Assembly (NCBI GenBank): GCA_020025615.1
Contig: JAHHRT010000001.1
Span: 1-49,035 of the forward strand
From: Oscillospiraceae bacterium
GTDB taxonomy: Bacteria; Bacillota; Clostridia; Oscillospirales; Oscillospiraceae
Direction of reading: 5' to 3'
Length of the DNA: 49,035 nucleotides
Position 1 is the stretch's first letter, and each line of letters begins with the position of its first letter. Below the pieces are notes generated by a model that was given only the letters and a program-made list of their open reading frames with translations, did not search any database and was not told the DNA's origin. Shown here piece by piece: positions 39,638-48,960 of the stretch. The position numbers were made by a program, and so were the translations under genes.

Positions 39638-40063
39638 TCAATCGACGACAGTGACGCCCATGGAGCGGCAGGTACCAGCGACCTGGCTCTCAGCAGCTTC
39701 CAGAGAAGAGACGTTCAGGTCGGGCATCTTGGTCTTAGCGATCTCGGTGATCTGAGCCTTGGTGATGGTGCCAACCTTGGTCTTGTTGGGGACGCCGGAA
39801 CCCTTCTCCAGACCGATTGCCTTGGTAATCAGCAGGGGGGTAGGAGGAGTCTTGGTGATAAAGGTGAAGCTGCGGTCAGCATAAACAGTGATGACGACAG
39901 GAATCTTGTAGCCCTCCATGTCCTTGGTGCGGGCATTGAACTCCTTAATGAAAGCAGCGATGTTAACGCCGTGCTGACCCAGAGCAGGGCCAACGGGGGG
40001 AGAAGCAGTTGCCTTAGCGGCGTTGATCTGAAGCTTGATAATGCCAGTGACTTTCTGTGCCAT
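39638..40063 (-). CDS. rplK: 50S ribosomal protein L11
   Basis: [35 protein letters not shown]. Confidence 0.98.
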   Translation of the reverse strand: MAQKVTGIIKLQINAAKATASPPVGPALGQHGVNIAAFIKEFNARTKDMEGYKIPVVITVYADRSFTFITKTPPTPLLITKAIGLEKGSGVPNKTKVGTITKAQITEIAKTKMPDLNVSSLEAAESQVAGTCRSMGVTVVD

Positions 40064-40086
40064 ATTAAGCACCTCCTGAATAAAAT

Positions 40087-40137
40087 GTGGTAATTATGCG
40101 CTACGCGCACTTCTTTCGGGGTTTTCACCCCTCCCAC
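40087..40137 (-). promoter_or_regulatory. L1-binding leader site before rplK
   Basis: GTGGGAG...ACCAC stem with internal hairpins. Confidence 0.55.
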
Positions 40138-40167
40138 GGTCTGGCCGGATGAACCGACCCGATGCGT

Positions 40168-40698
40168 TTATTGGGAAATGACCTCGATCTGATCGAGTTC
40201 AAACTCGACAGTGGTCTCTCGACCGAACATGGATACCACCACGTTGACCGAGTTGTTTTCGACCTCGATGCTCTCTACAGTGCCGGTAAAGGAGCTGAGA
40301 GGACCGTCCAGAATCCGAACGGTATCACCGACAGCATAGTTGACGATGATTTCCTTCTTCTCAACGCCCATGGCGTAGACTTCTTCATCGGTAAGGGGAG
40401 TGGGGTCGTTGCTGGAGGACCCGACAAAGCCGGTTACTCCACGGACGTTCCGGATCACATGCCAGGTGTCATCACTGTAAATCATCTTCACCAGCACATA
40501 GCCGGGGAAAACCTTGCGATCATAAGTCTTGCTTGCGCCGGACTCAGTGATCTCGGTAACGGTCTCCAGAGGAATGGAAACTGCCAGGATCTGATCCTGA
40601 AGATGCCGAGACTCAACTGTTTTTTCAATCGTAGCCTTTACAGTGTTTTCATAACCGGAATAGGTATGCACCACATACCATCTTGCAGTTTCTGCCAT
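40168..40698 (-). CDS. nusG: transcription termination/antitermination factor NusG
   Basis: WYVVHTYSGYE, FPGYVLVKM, KOW motif, SMFGRETTVE. Confidence 0.97.
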   Translation of the reverse strand: MAETARWYVVHTYSGYENTVKATIEKTVESRHLQDQILAVSIPLETVTEITESGASKTYDRKVFPGYVLVKMIYSDDTWHVIRNVRGVTGFVGSSSNDPTPLTDEEVYAMGVEKKEIIVNYAVGDTVRILDGPLSSFTGTVESIEVENNSVNVVVSMFGRETTVEFELDQIEVISQ

Positions 40699-40709
40699 AT
40701 CACGTACCC

Positions 40710-40940
40710 TTAGTGGAAGACGCTGATAAGAGCATCAATGCCGACCTGAGCGACAAAGTCGAACAGCCAGATGAAGATGCCAACAACGACGACACAAGCG
40801 ACGACAATGGCGGTGTTCTTCAGCACCTGCTGGGGAGTGGGCCATACGACCTTCTTGAGTTCGCTTTTCAGCTCACGAAGATACTTGCAGACCTTGCCCC
40901 AGGTTCTCTTGAACCAGTTTTGCTTTTTGACTTCTGCCAT
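40710..40940 (-). CDS. secE: preprotein translocase subunit SecE
   Basis: ELKKVVWPT followed by one TM helix; upstream of nusG. Confidence 0.95.
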   Translation of the reverse strand: MAEVKKQNWFKRTWGKVCKYLRELKSELKKVVWPTPQQVLKNTAIVVACVVVVGIFIWLFDFVAQVGIDALISVFH

Positions 40941-40954
40941 GATGGGGCTCCTCC

Positions 40955-41104
40955 TTACTTGGTCTCAGTGTGAACGGTGTGCTTCTTGCAGAATCTGCAA
41001 TACTTCTTCATCTCGAGACGGTCAGGGTCGTTCTTCTTGTTCTTCATGGTGTTGTAGTTTCTCTGCTTGCACTCAGAGCATCTCAAAGTGACTTTAACGC
41101 GCAT
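40955..41104 (-). CDS. rpmG: 50S ribosomal protein L33 (49 aa, Zn-ribbon form)
   Basis: Hand translation [59 protein letters not shown]; absent from the ORF track because it is under 60 aa. Confidence 0.97.
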   Translation of the reverse strand: MRVKVTLRCSECKQRNYNTMKNKKNDPDRLEMKKYCRFCKKHTVHTETK

Positions 41105-41238
41105 TACGGCACCTCCTTAAATAATTGCCTCCCTGTATCACCCCGGCTATGAAAAATTTATAGGAAGCGGGAACTACAAATGGACCGCTCCGGGGCTGAA
41201 AAAGCGCAGAAAAAAAGCCCTTTTTCACAGGTAAAGTC

Positions 41239-41267
41239 ATTCTATCACAGGGGTGGACAGTTGTCAA
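41239..41267 (-). promoter_or_regulatory. sigma-A promoter of the rpmG-secE-nusG operon
   Basis: TTGACA-17-TAGAAT. Confidence 0.75.
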
Positions 41268-41336
41268 TAAGATTTTCCTTTATTTTTTGCGGGTTTTGTA
41301 GTACAATGGGGAAAACTTCACAGGGAGGGCATCATT

Positions 41337-41750
41337 ATGAGAATCATGGGAATTGATTACGGCGACGCACGCACCGGCGTAGCAATTTCGGACCTGCTTT
41401 GCTCTATTGTCGGGTCTGCCACGGTGGTTCCCAGCCGAAATCGGGACAAGGCCATTGCGGACATCGTTCGTCTGGCAAAGGAAAATGAAGTGGGGCAGAT
41501 TGTGGTCGGCCTGCCTAAGAATATGGATGGTACAGAAGGGGCTCGGGCAGAGCTGTGCCGGGAGTTTGCCAAGTCCTTGGAAGAGGCTGCCGGACTGCCG
41601 GTTGCCATGTGGGACGAGCGCAGAACCACGGTAGAGGCCCACAATATTCTTTCTCAGCACAATTACCACGGTCAGAAGCGGAAGAATACGGTGGATGCAG
41701 TGGCAGCGTCCCTCATCCTGGAGGGATATTTGGCATTTCGCAGCCGCTGA
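41337..41750 (+). CDS. ruvX: RuvX/YqgF family nuclease
   Basis: MGIDYGDARTGVAISD, VVGLPKNMDG, WDERRTT, VDAVAASLILE. Confidence 0.95.
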   Translation: MRIMGIDYGDARTGVAISDLLCSIVGSATVVPSRNRDKAIADIVRLAKENEVGQIVVGLPKNMDGTEGARAELCREFAKSLEEAAGLPVAMWDERRTTVEAHNILSQHNYHGQKRKNTVDAVAASLILEGYLAFRSR

Positions 41751-42128
41751 ACCGAAAATTTTCTGATTTTGTATCCCCGTAAGGGGCTTACAGCGGTTCT
41801 AAAGGTATGATACAATGTGGGCGGTTGAGAGAGCCGACGCCCATCGGCATCTCCTTCTGTCAGATTCTGTCTGAAAAAATAGGACACACCGGGTGCAGTC
41901 CCTTAGCCCGGTGTGTCTTGTTGCATCTATGGGGAAAACAGAGGGCAGGCGTATCCCGGCGGCGGGATACGCCTGTTATAAATTGTAAAATGTGCAGAAA
42001 TCATCCCCCAGGGGGGCTTGCATCGAGGCTTTTCCTGTGGTAATCTCAGAGCGTACAGAGATATCCTTCTCAACGAACATTTGATACCCAGTGGGCGCAT
42101 TGCAAAACGCAGTGCGCCCACTGGCTTT

Positions 42129-42488
42129 TTATTTTTTTCGAAACACTTCACTGACTCCCACGAGGATCAGCACCGCGCCCATGGCCTTCTTTAAGTGGGC
42201 AGGGTTGATGATCTGACTGAGCCAGGAAAAGATCCCTGCGGCCATACAGCCGAAGAACACCGCCGGAAGAATTTGCTTCCAGGGAATCTGCCCCCGGCGG
42301 AGTATACAGGAAAGCAGAGCCGCCGGAAAAAAGAACAGAAGGCTGATGCCGCGCGCGGTGCCTGCATCCATGCCCACGGCCAGGGTGAGCCACAGAATCA
42401 GCAGACTGCCGCCGCCGACTCCTAGCCCGGAGAGTGTTCCCAGAACGGCTCCTGCCAGAGCAGCAATCCAGGGCGAGCCTAAGTCCAA
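42129..42488 (-). CDS. TauE/SafE (TSUP) family half-size membrane protein
   Basis: GTLSGLGVGGGSLLI motif; start uncertain (TTG at 42488). Confidence 0.8.
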   Translation of the reverse strand: MDLGSPWIAALAGAVLGTLSGLGVGGGSLLILWLTLAVGMDAGTARGISLLFFFPAALLSCILRRGQIPWKQILPAVFFGCMAAGIFSWLSQIINPAHLKKAMGAVLILVGVSEVFRKK

Positions 42489-42865
42489 AGCATCCGCACT
42501 CCTCCCCAGAGAATCAGACCCCCCAGAATCCGATGGAGCCACAGGGCTGGAATCTGCTTTCCCAGCTTTGCCGCCAGAATTCCGCCGGCAAGACTTCCTG
42601 CAAGATAGGGAAGGGCCGGTTTCCAGGGCAGTGGGCCCGCTGTCTGCCAGAGGGACACCAGGCAGATGGGCAGCATAATCCGTATGGAGGCAGGGAAAAT
42701 CTGGTCATCGGGAATATCACACAGCCGGCCCAGCATAGGCACCAGCACCATGCCGCCTCCGGCACCGAAAAATCCGTTCACAGCTCCGGCGCAGAGCCCG
42801 GACAGGGACGGACCATATATGGAAGTTTTACGCAAAAAACCATCTCCTGTGGAAAGTTTATCCAC
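42479..42865 (-). CDS. TauE/SafE (TSUP) family half-size membrane protein
   Basis: AGAVNGFFGAGGGMVLVP motif; true start may be TTG near 42835. Confidence 0.8.
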   Translation of the reverse strand: MDKLSTGDGFLRKTSIYGPSLSGLCAGAVNGFFGAGGGMVLVPMLGRLCDIPDDQIFPASIRIMLPICLVSLWQTAGPLPWKPALPYLAGSLAGGILAAKLGKQIPALWLHRILGGLILWGGVRMLWT

Positions 42866-42878
42866 GGGAGATGGTTTT
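42834..42878 (-). terminator. terminator after the cob operon
   Basis: AAAACCATCTCCCGTGGA/TCCACAGGAGATGGTTTTTT stem on the minus strand. Confidence 0.7.
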
Positions 42879-42886
42879 ATACCTAT

Positions 42887-43438
42887 TTAGGGAATGGGAC
42901 GATAGGTCCCGTTTTCGATGGCATAGCCATAGCCGGGGCGGGGCTGCCAGGCATAGCGGCTTTTGCCCTCCTGGGGAAACAGATGGGCCATCACGGCAGC
43001 AATGACGCCGCCATGGGTGATGACCACTGTGTTTTCCTCCTGCTGCAAAAGGGGTTCCAGTGCGTCCAGAACCCGCTTGGTCATGGCGTTTCCGCTCTCA
43101 CCCTCCGGCGGGACGTTGGCGTCGTTGTCTCCGGAAATCCAATCCTGGTAGTCCTGCCGTTCCTTGAGGTCATCATAGCTGTGCATTTCAAAAACGCCAA
43201 AGTCAATCTCACGGAACCTGGAATCCTGGGTGTGGGGAACGTCTCCAAAAAGCAGAGACAGGGTTTCTTCGGTTCGGACCATGCCGCTGGTGAGGAATCG
43301 GGCAGGGGGGAGGTGATAGGAAAGCTCCTTGAGAGCCAGTCTTCCGGCCTCAGACAGGGGCAAATCTGTACTGCCGCAGTAGAGATGCCTGTCGTTTGCC
43401 TCGGTTCTGCCGTGGCGAATCAGATAGACGGCACTCAT
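42887..43438 (-). CDS. cobC: histidine phosphatase, alpha-ribazole phosphatase-like
   Basis: YLIRHGRT, REIDFGVFE, PPEGES, ITHGGVI; last gene of the cob operon. Confidence 0.82.
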   Translation of the reverse strand: MSAVYLIRHGRTEANDRHLYCGSTDLPLSEAGRLALKELSYHLPPARFLTSGMVRTEETLSLLFGDVPHTQDSRFREIDFGVFEMHSYDDLKERQDYQDWISGDNDANVPPEGESGNAMTKRVLDALEPLLQQEENTVVITHGGVIAAVMAHLFPQEGKSRYAWQPRPGYGYAIENGTYRPIP

Positions 43439-43809
43439 TTCAACTTCTGCTCCAATCCGCAGAAGATTCGGGTCACAGAACTTGCTTCCCGGGACAGGTA
43501 CTGACAGAGCTTTCCGGTGAGGTTGCGCCACTGACGCATCTCTGCTTCCAGAGGGACTACGCCGCAGGAAAGGTCCATGCAGATCAGCACACTGTGCCGC
43601 CAGTCTTCCCAATGCTTCTTAAAATACAGAATGGGGTCTACATCCGCACGGATGCAGGCCAGAACAAATTCTTCAATGTGATTGATGCAGGGCTTGGTGA
43701 AGTCGATTTCACAGCCCTGGCAGGTGAATACATCCGTATCCTGAATGGAATGTTTCTCCTTGGCGTAGTCCAGTTTTCCCTGGTATGCGCCGCCAATGAT
43801 TAAGTCCAT
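43435..43809 (-). CDS. short CobU/CobP-like protein (124 aa)
   Basis: LIIGGAYQGK P-loop, DLSCGVVP, R.WR...GKLCQYL...VTRIFCGL. Confidence 0.8.
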   Translation of the reverse strand: MDLIIGGAYQGKLDYAKEKHSIQDTDVFTCQGCEIDFTKPCINHIEEFVLACIRADVDPILYFKKHWEDWRHSVLICMDLSCGVVPLEAEMRQWRNLTGKLCQYLSREASSVTRIFCGLEQKLK

Positions 43810-43819
43810 AGTAATCTCC

Positions 43820-44554
43820 TTAAAGTACAGCCAGCACGGCAACAGCAGCCAGCTCGCCAATGGTGAGGGAATAGCCGGAAATATCTCCGTTCATTCCCTG
43901 TAGGGAACGGTAGCCCTTTCTGAGGGCCAGGGCATGGCCCACGGCACAGCCCACACAGCCAAAGCCCAGTTTTCCGAAGCATACAAAACCCAGAATCAGC
44001 AGCAGGGCCAGCAGGCTCCACAGGAAGACCAGGTTTCCGACGTTCTTCTTCTGACCGGAATACTGGCTGGTGGACATGGTGGGCAGAGTGCTGACTGCAA
44101 TGGCAGAGCAGCACCGACTGATTGCAGGAATCAGAATCAGCACCCAAAGATTCACATCCAGGGATGCACAGAGGGCAAATTGAGAGAGCATCAGCAGAAT
44201 ACAGCCGATGACCGCAAAGGAACCCACATGGGAGTCCTTGAGGATGGCCCGCCGCTTGTCAAGATCCCGGCAGGAGCCCACCGCATCGGTAACATCCATA
44301 AAGCCATCCAGATGGATGAATCCTGTGAGCAAAAAGGGAACGACGGTGAGAACCAGTCCGGTGACCAGAGAATTCAGCCCCAGCCAGCGGCACAGCCATC
44401 CGGCGGCGGCCCAGATAGCACCGATTTCCAGGCCAATCAGGGGGAGAAACAGCAGCATTTTGCTCCGGGCCTTTTCCTCCCACACATGGCAGGGGAAGGG
44501 GATGGAGCAGAACATGGACTGGCACATGGCAAAGGCACAGAAAAAGTTCCTCAT
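43820..44554 (-). CDS. cobS: adenosylcobinamide-GDP ribazoletransferase (cobalamin synthase)
   Basis: TGFIHLDGFMDVTDA, ILKDSHVGSFAV, GMNGDISG. Confidence 0.93.
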   Translation of the reverse strand: MRNFFCAFAMCQSMFCSIPFPCHVWEEKARSKMLLFLPLIGLEIGAIWAAAGWLCRWLGLNSLVTGLVLTVVPFLLTGFIHLDGFMDVTDAVGSCRDLDKRRAILKDSHVGSFAVIGCILLMLSQFALCASLDVNLWVLILIPAISRCCSAIAVSTLPTMSTSQYSGQKKNVGNLVFLWSLLALLLILGFVCFGKLGFGCVGCAVGHALALRKGYRSLQGMNGDISGYSLTIGELAAVAVLAVL

Positions 44555-45096
44555 ACCAGCACATCTCCCTTGTAGACACAGATATTTCCGGCGCAGACCT
44601 CCAGAACGGTGTCGCTGACCTGGGCCAGATTCCGGTCGATATCTGCAAGACACTTGCGGTAGACTTCGGTGACTTCGTCGTACCGGGCGGCATCGGAATA
44701 GATGTAGTCGCTGACAATCACTAAGTTGTTTACAGCCTTTGCAAAAGTCACCAGGTCGTCGGCACAGCGCTGGGCGGCTTTCACGTCCATCTCACAGCTG
44801 GTGGGGTCCGGGAACAGCTCGTTTAGCAGCAGAGCTGTGGCGCTGTCCAGCAGAAAGGTGCCATTGGGATCCACACGGTCCAGGCAGGAGAGAATATTTC
44901 TTCCGCACTCCACGGTTTCGAATCCCAGACCGGCCCGGTCTGCAACGTGATTTTTGATTCGTTCGTGATCTTCCTCGTCACAGGGAATCATAGTGGCGAT
45001 GTAGTAGTGAGGCTTACCCTTAGCCATGGCAACAGCCAAATCCTGCGCCAGGGAGGATTTTCCGTTTTTGGCTCCGCCTGTAATGAAAATAGTCAT
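44551..45096 (-). CDS. cobU: adenosylcobinamide kinase/phosphate guanylyltransferase
   Basis: ITGGAKNGKS, YIATM, RIKNH..DRAG.GFETVE. Confidence 0.9.
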   Translation of the reverse strand: MTIFITGGAKNGKSSLAQDLAVAMAKGKPHYYIATMIPCDEEDHERIKNHVADRAGLGFETVECGRNILSCLDRVDPNGTFLLDSATALLLNELFPDPTSCEMDVKAAQRCADDLVTFAKAVNNLVIVSDYIYSDAARYDEVTEVYRKCLADIDRNLAQVSDTVLEVCAGNICVYKGDVLV

Positions 45097-46184
45097 GAAT
45101 TGTCACGCTCCACGGTGAATTTGTCGCCCTGCCGAATCTCGTCCAGATAGCCGTCGTCAATGCCGGCCTGGTCGAAGGTTGCCATGTCGTTGATAATGGC
45201 GCAGGCGGCATCCAGAATTTGGAAGGCAATGGGACATCCGCTGCCTTCGCCCAGACGCATCCCCAGCAGGAGAATGGGTTCCAGCCCCAGCTCCTCCATG
45301 GCAAGGCGGTAGCCGATTTCAAAAGATGCATGGCTGGGAATCAGATAGGCCTTCACGTTGGGGCAGAGCCGGGCGGCGCAGAGTGCTGCCACCACGGAGA
45401 TAAAGCCGTCAATCACCACGGGACGGTGGGTGGCGGCGGCCCCCAGAAATGCACCGCACATTGCAGCAATGTCAAAGCCGCCCACCTTACTCAGCACATC
45501 CACCACATCGGCAGGATTCGGCTGATTTACAGCGATGGCTTTTTGAATGACTTCCTTTTTTCGCTGGAAGCCCGCATCGGTGATCCCGCCGCCTCTGCCG
45601 GTCACGTCTTCTACAGAGACACCCAGCAGCACGGAGAGAACCGCGGAAGAGGTGGTGGTATTGCCAATCCCCATTTCCCCGATGCCGATGGCATCCGCTT
45701 CGGTCTGCATGGCAAGCTCTGCGCCGGTGAGCAGGGCAGTCATAGCCTGCTCCCGGGTCATTGCGGGGCCGTTTGCGATATTTTGGGTGCCGTAGGCGAT
45801 TTTTTTGTTCAGCACCTTGGGTTCCTGAATGTCGGCGTTGACACCCACATCACAGACAGTGATGCCGCAGCCAAAGTGCTTGGCCAGAGTGGATGCGCCG
45901 GTTTTTGCCCGGGTCAGATTCACAGTCTGCATCAGGGTAACGGACTGGGGGGCGGAGGAAACGCCCTCTTCTACTACGCCGTTGTCGGCTGCGAACACCA
46001 GAAGATGGGGGTGCTCTACCCGATTCAGAGGCTTTCCGGTGATGCCTGCCAGCTGGATGGATAGCTCCTCCAGCCGCCCCAGGCTTCCGGGGGGCTTGGC
46101 AAGCTGTGCCTGCCGCTGTCTTGCCTGGTCCATGGCCTCCCGGTCGGCAGGAGCGATGGACGCAAGCAATGCTTGAAGATTCAT
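45093..46184 (-). CDS. cobT: nicotinate-nucleotide--dimethylbenzimidazole phosphoribosyltransferase
   Basis: KPPGSLGRLE, FAADNGV, GEMGIGNTT, MRLGEGSG. Confidence 0.96.
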   Translation of the reverse strand: MNLQALLASIAPADREAMDQARQRQAQLAKPPGSLGRLEELSIQLAGITGKPLNRVEHPHLLVFAADNGVVEEGVSSAPQSVTLMQTVNLTRAKTGASTLAKHFGCGITVCDVGVNADIQEPKVLNKKIAYGTQNIANGPAMTREQAMTALLTGAELAMQTEADAIGIGEMGIGNTTTSSAVLSVLLGVSVEDVTGRGGGITDAGFQRKKEVIQKAIAVNQPNPADVVDVLSKVGGFDIAAMCGAFLGAAATHRPVVIDGFISVVAALCAARLCPNVKAYLIPSHASFEIGYRLAMEELGLEPILLLGMRLGEGSGCPIAFQILDAACAIINDMATFDQAGIDDGYLDEIRQGDKFTVERDNS

Positions 46185-46454
46185 AACAGATCCTCCAGTA
46201 AAGGATGCTCTTCCATCCAGTCCGAAGCGGGCTTTCGATTGGAAAGCCCAGCGGCCTGGGGAGAGAGCATCTGAATTTGATTTTGCAGCGGTGCCGTGGA
46301 AGCTGCCCCGTCATAAAGGCGAAGCGCCATGGAACCGTTGTTGTGTACATGGAAACGGTTGAAAACGCCCCCACAAGGGGTGCGAAATTTGGCGGCTTTG
46401 CCCCAGAAAAGCATGGGAAAAATCCACCAAATCAATCGATACTCAGATACGGAT

Positions 46455-46483
46455 ATTATAGCACAATTTCCGATGCACTGCAA
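46455..46483 (-). promoter_or_regulatory. sigma-A promoter of the cobT operon
   Basis: TTGCAG-17-TATAAT with extended TG; divergent TTGACA-17-TATCCT at 46494-46522 on the plus strand. Confidence 0.6.
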
Positions 46484-46552
46484 TGGCGATTTCTTGACAA
46501 GGCCCCGGAAATCGAGTATCCTATAGAAAAACAAATGGAAGGGATCTATGGT

Positions 46553-47092
46553 ATGGAAGATCAGTATTTGATAGATTGCGCTGTGGCGGAGGGCTTTGCC
46601 GCTGCCGATGTCATTACCACGGACAAAATCGTATTTGATCCGTCATTTCGCCCCTACTGTGCAGAGAACATCTGCGGGCAGTATGATGCAAATTACACCT
46701 GCCCGACCTATTGCGGAACGCCCGAGGAGATGCGGCAGAGAATTATGGCCCACAAAAAGGCAATTGTGCTGCAAACCATCCATGAAGTTTCGGATTACTC
46801 CGATATGCCGGTGATTAAGCAGGCAAAAAAGACCCACAACCAGATGTCTCTGCGGCTGATGAAAAAGCTGCGGCAGGAGGGCTGTGACGGTTTCCTGGTA
46901 GGTGCCAGCGGATGCAGCCTCTGTTCTCCCTGCAAGATGAAGCTGGGGGAGCCCTGTACATTCCCGGATCAGCGGTATTCCTGCATGTCTGCCTACTGTA
47001 TTTTTGTGCGTAAGCTGGCCCAGAGCTGCGGCATGGAGTACGACTGCGGAGAGGGCCTGCTGGCTTTCTTCGGTATGTATGTTTTTGACTGA
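46553..47092 (+). CDS. DUF2284 family Cys-rich predicted metal-binding protein
   Basis: C..N.CGQY..NYTCP, GCSLCSPC, CTFP...SCMSAYCIFV. Confidence 0.78.
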   Translation: MEDQYLIDCAVAEGFAAADVITTDKIVFDPSFRPYCAENICGQYDANYTCPTYCGTPEEMRQRIMAHKKAIVLQTIHEVSDYSDMPVIKQAKKTHNQMSLRLMKKLRQEGCDGFLVGASGCSLCSPCKMKLGEPCTFPDQRYSCMSAYCIFVRKLAQSCGMEYDCGEGLLAFFGMYVFD

Positions 47093-47249
47093 CGGTTCAC
47101 TGCCCAGGGCATTTTCTGGATGATTTATAGCTATCATTCACAGAAGATTCATAAAAATTTCAAAATATCTGTGCATAAGGGAAATATTTTCTTCGGCACT
47201 TGACAGAAAAATGGCCCGGTGCTAGTATGAATACATCAAACAGAATAAC

Positions 47250-47421
47250 GACAAGCGAAGTTCTTAGGGGAATGGCGCAAGCCTGCCGAAGGAGTAACAC
47301 TCTCAGGCGTCTGGATTTTCAGATGGGGACTAGGAACGGATGTGGCTCTGGAGAATCTCAGAAATGAGTACCGAAGGTGCAAGGCGGATTTCCGCTGAAT
47401 CTCTCAGGTAAAAGGACGGAG
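47250..47421 (+). ncRNA. tandem glycine riboswitch
   Basis: Two aptamers, each with CCGAAGG.G.AA...CTCTCAGG (second: GGAGA...ACCGAAGGTGCAA...CTCTCAGGTAAAAGGAC); promoter TTGACA-17-TAGTAT at 47200-47228. Confidence 0.93.
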
Positions 47422-47507
47422 TGTTTTGGATGTTTTTTGATTTCCATGACTTTTTCTTCTTCGGAGCAGCAATCGCTGCCCCGTTATTTTTTTAGGAGGA
47501 AGAGAAC

Positions 47508-48923
47508 ATGAGCGCACAAATCGAGGGGATTCTGCTCCCCATTGCCCAGAACATCAACAATTATCTCTCCAACTACATCCTGGTAGCTTTGCTGCTGGGC
47601 GTTGGTATTTGGTACTCCTTCCAGACCCGGTTTGTCCAGATCCGGTGCTTTGGAGAGGGTATGAAGAAAACATTCGGCAATCTTTCCCTGAACGGCGGTA
47701 AGCAGAAGCAGGGCATGAGTTCTTTCCAGGCTCTGGCGACTGCCATTGCTGCCCAGGTAGGCACCGGCAATATCGTGGGTGCGGCAGGTGCCATTCTGAC
47801 CGGCGGCCCCGGTGCCATCTTCTGGATGTGGCTCATCGCCTTCTTCGGTATGGCAACCATCTATGCCGAGGCAACCCTGGCCCTGAAGACCAGAGTGGTA
47901 GATGAGGACGGAAATGTTCATGGCGGCCCTGTCTACTACATCCGCACTGCATTCCACGGCGGCCTGGGTAAATTCCTGGCTGGATTCTTTGCCGTGGCAA
48001 TTATTCTGGCCCTGGGCTTTATGGGCTGCATGGTGCAGGCAAACTCCATCGGCTCCACATTTGAGACTGCTTTTGGCATCCCCGGCTGGGTGATAGGCCT
48101 GATTCTGGTGGTCGTGTGTGCCATTATCTTCCTGGGCGGTGTTCATCGCCTGGCATCTGTGGTGGAAAAGCTGGTGCCCATCATGGCTGTGATTTTCCTG
48201 CTGGGCGGCCTGGGTATTCTCGTTGCCCGGTTCCGTTATCTGCCTCAGACCTTCGGCATGATCTTCCGCTATGCCTTCCAGCCCCAGGCCATTATCGGCG
48301 GCGGTCTGGGTTATGCCCTGAAAACCGCAGTCAGCCAGGGTGCAAAGCGGGGCCTGTTCTCCAACGAAGCCGGTATGGGCTCCACTCCTCACGCCCACGC
48401 CCAGGCCAATGTCTCCCATCCCCACGAGCAGGGTGTGGTTGCCATGGTCGGTGTGTTCATCGATACCTTTGTGGTTCTGACCCTCAATGCCCTGGTGATT
48501 ATCGCCACCCTCTACACCCCCGACGGCCCTCTGGCTGCCTGCGGTGCAGCAGCTGCCAGCACCACCATCAACAAGACCAACCTGGCCCAGACTGCTTTCG
48601 GTGTGGTTATGGGTGAAAACCTGGGCGCAGCCTTTGTAGCAATCTGCCTGCTGTTCTTTGCATTCTCCACGGTCCTCAGCTGGAATATGTTTGGCAAAAT
48701 CAATGTGGTCTATCTCTTCGGCAAGAAGGCAGCCCCCATCTACTCTGCCATTGCCCTGGTGTTCATCTTTGCAGGCACCCTGGCTTCCAACGACCTGGTG
48801 TGGGAGCTTACCGATATGTTCAACAACCTGATGGTGATTCCCAACTGCCTGGGACTGTTCGCCCTCACCGCTATGGTGAAGCAGTCCATGAAAGAGGCAC
48901 ACGAGCTCGCCAACCATCGATAA
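47508..48923 (+). CDS. alanine/glycine:cation symporter (AGCS)
   Basis: AAQVGTGNI, GGPGAIFWMW, RGLFSNEAGMGS, VFIDT. Confidence 0.95.
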   Translation: MSAQIEGILLPIAQNINNYLSNYILVALLLGVGIWYSFQTRFVQIRCFGEGMKKTFGNLSLNGGKQKQGMSSFQALATAIAAQVGTGNIVGAAGAILTGGPGAIFWMWLIAFFGMATIYAEATLALKTRVVDEDGNVHGGPVYYIRTAFHGGLGKFLAGFFAVAIILALGFMGCMVQANSIGSTFETAFGIPGWVIGLILVVVCAIIFLGGVHRLASVVEKLVPIMAVIFLLGGLGILVARFRYLPQTFGMIFRYAFQPQAIIGGGLGYALKTAVSQGAKRGLFSNEAGMGSTPHAHAQANVSHPHEQGVVAMVGVFIDTFVVLTLNALVIIATLYTPDGPLAACGAAAASTTINKTNLAQTAFGVVMGENLGAAFVAICLLFFAFSTVLSWNMFGKINVVYLFGKKAAPIYSAIALVFIFAGTLASNDLVWELTDMFNNLMVIPNCLGLFALTAMVKQSMKEAHELANHR

Positions 48924-48924
48924 C

Positions 48925-48960
48925 AAAAATCCGCCTGGTGCAAACCAGGCGGATCATTTT
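48925..48960. terminator. terminator between convergent genes
   Basis: ATCCGCCTGGT/ACCAGGCGGAT stem. Confidence 0.75.

Noticed and set aside
46181..46552. ORF 46181-46534 (-) and the long N-terminal extension of ORF 46205-47092
   Set aside because: Both span the divergent promoters and lack protein-like features or an RBS; the DUF2284-like sequence begins at 46553.
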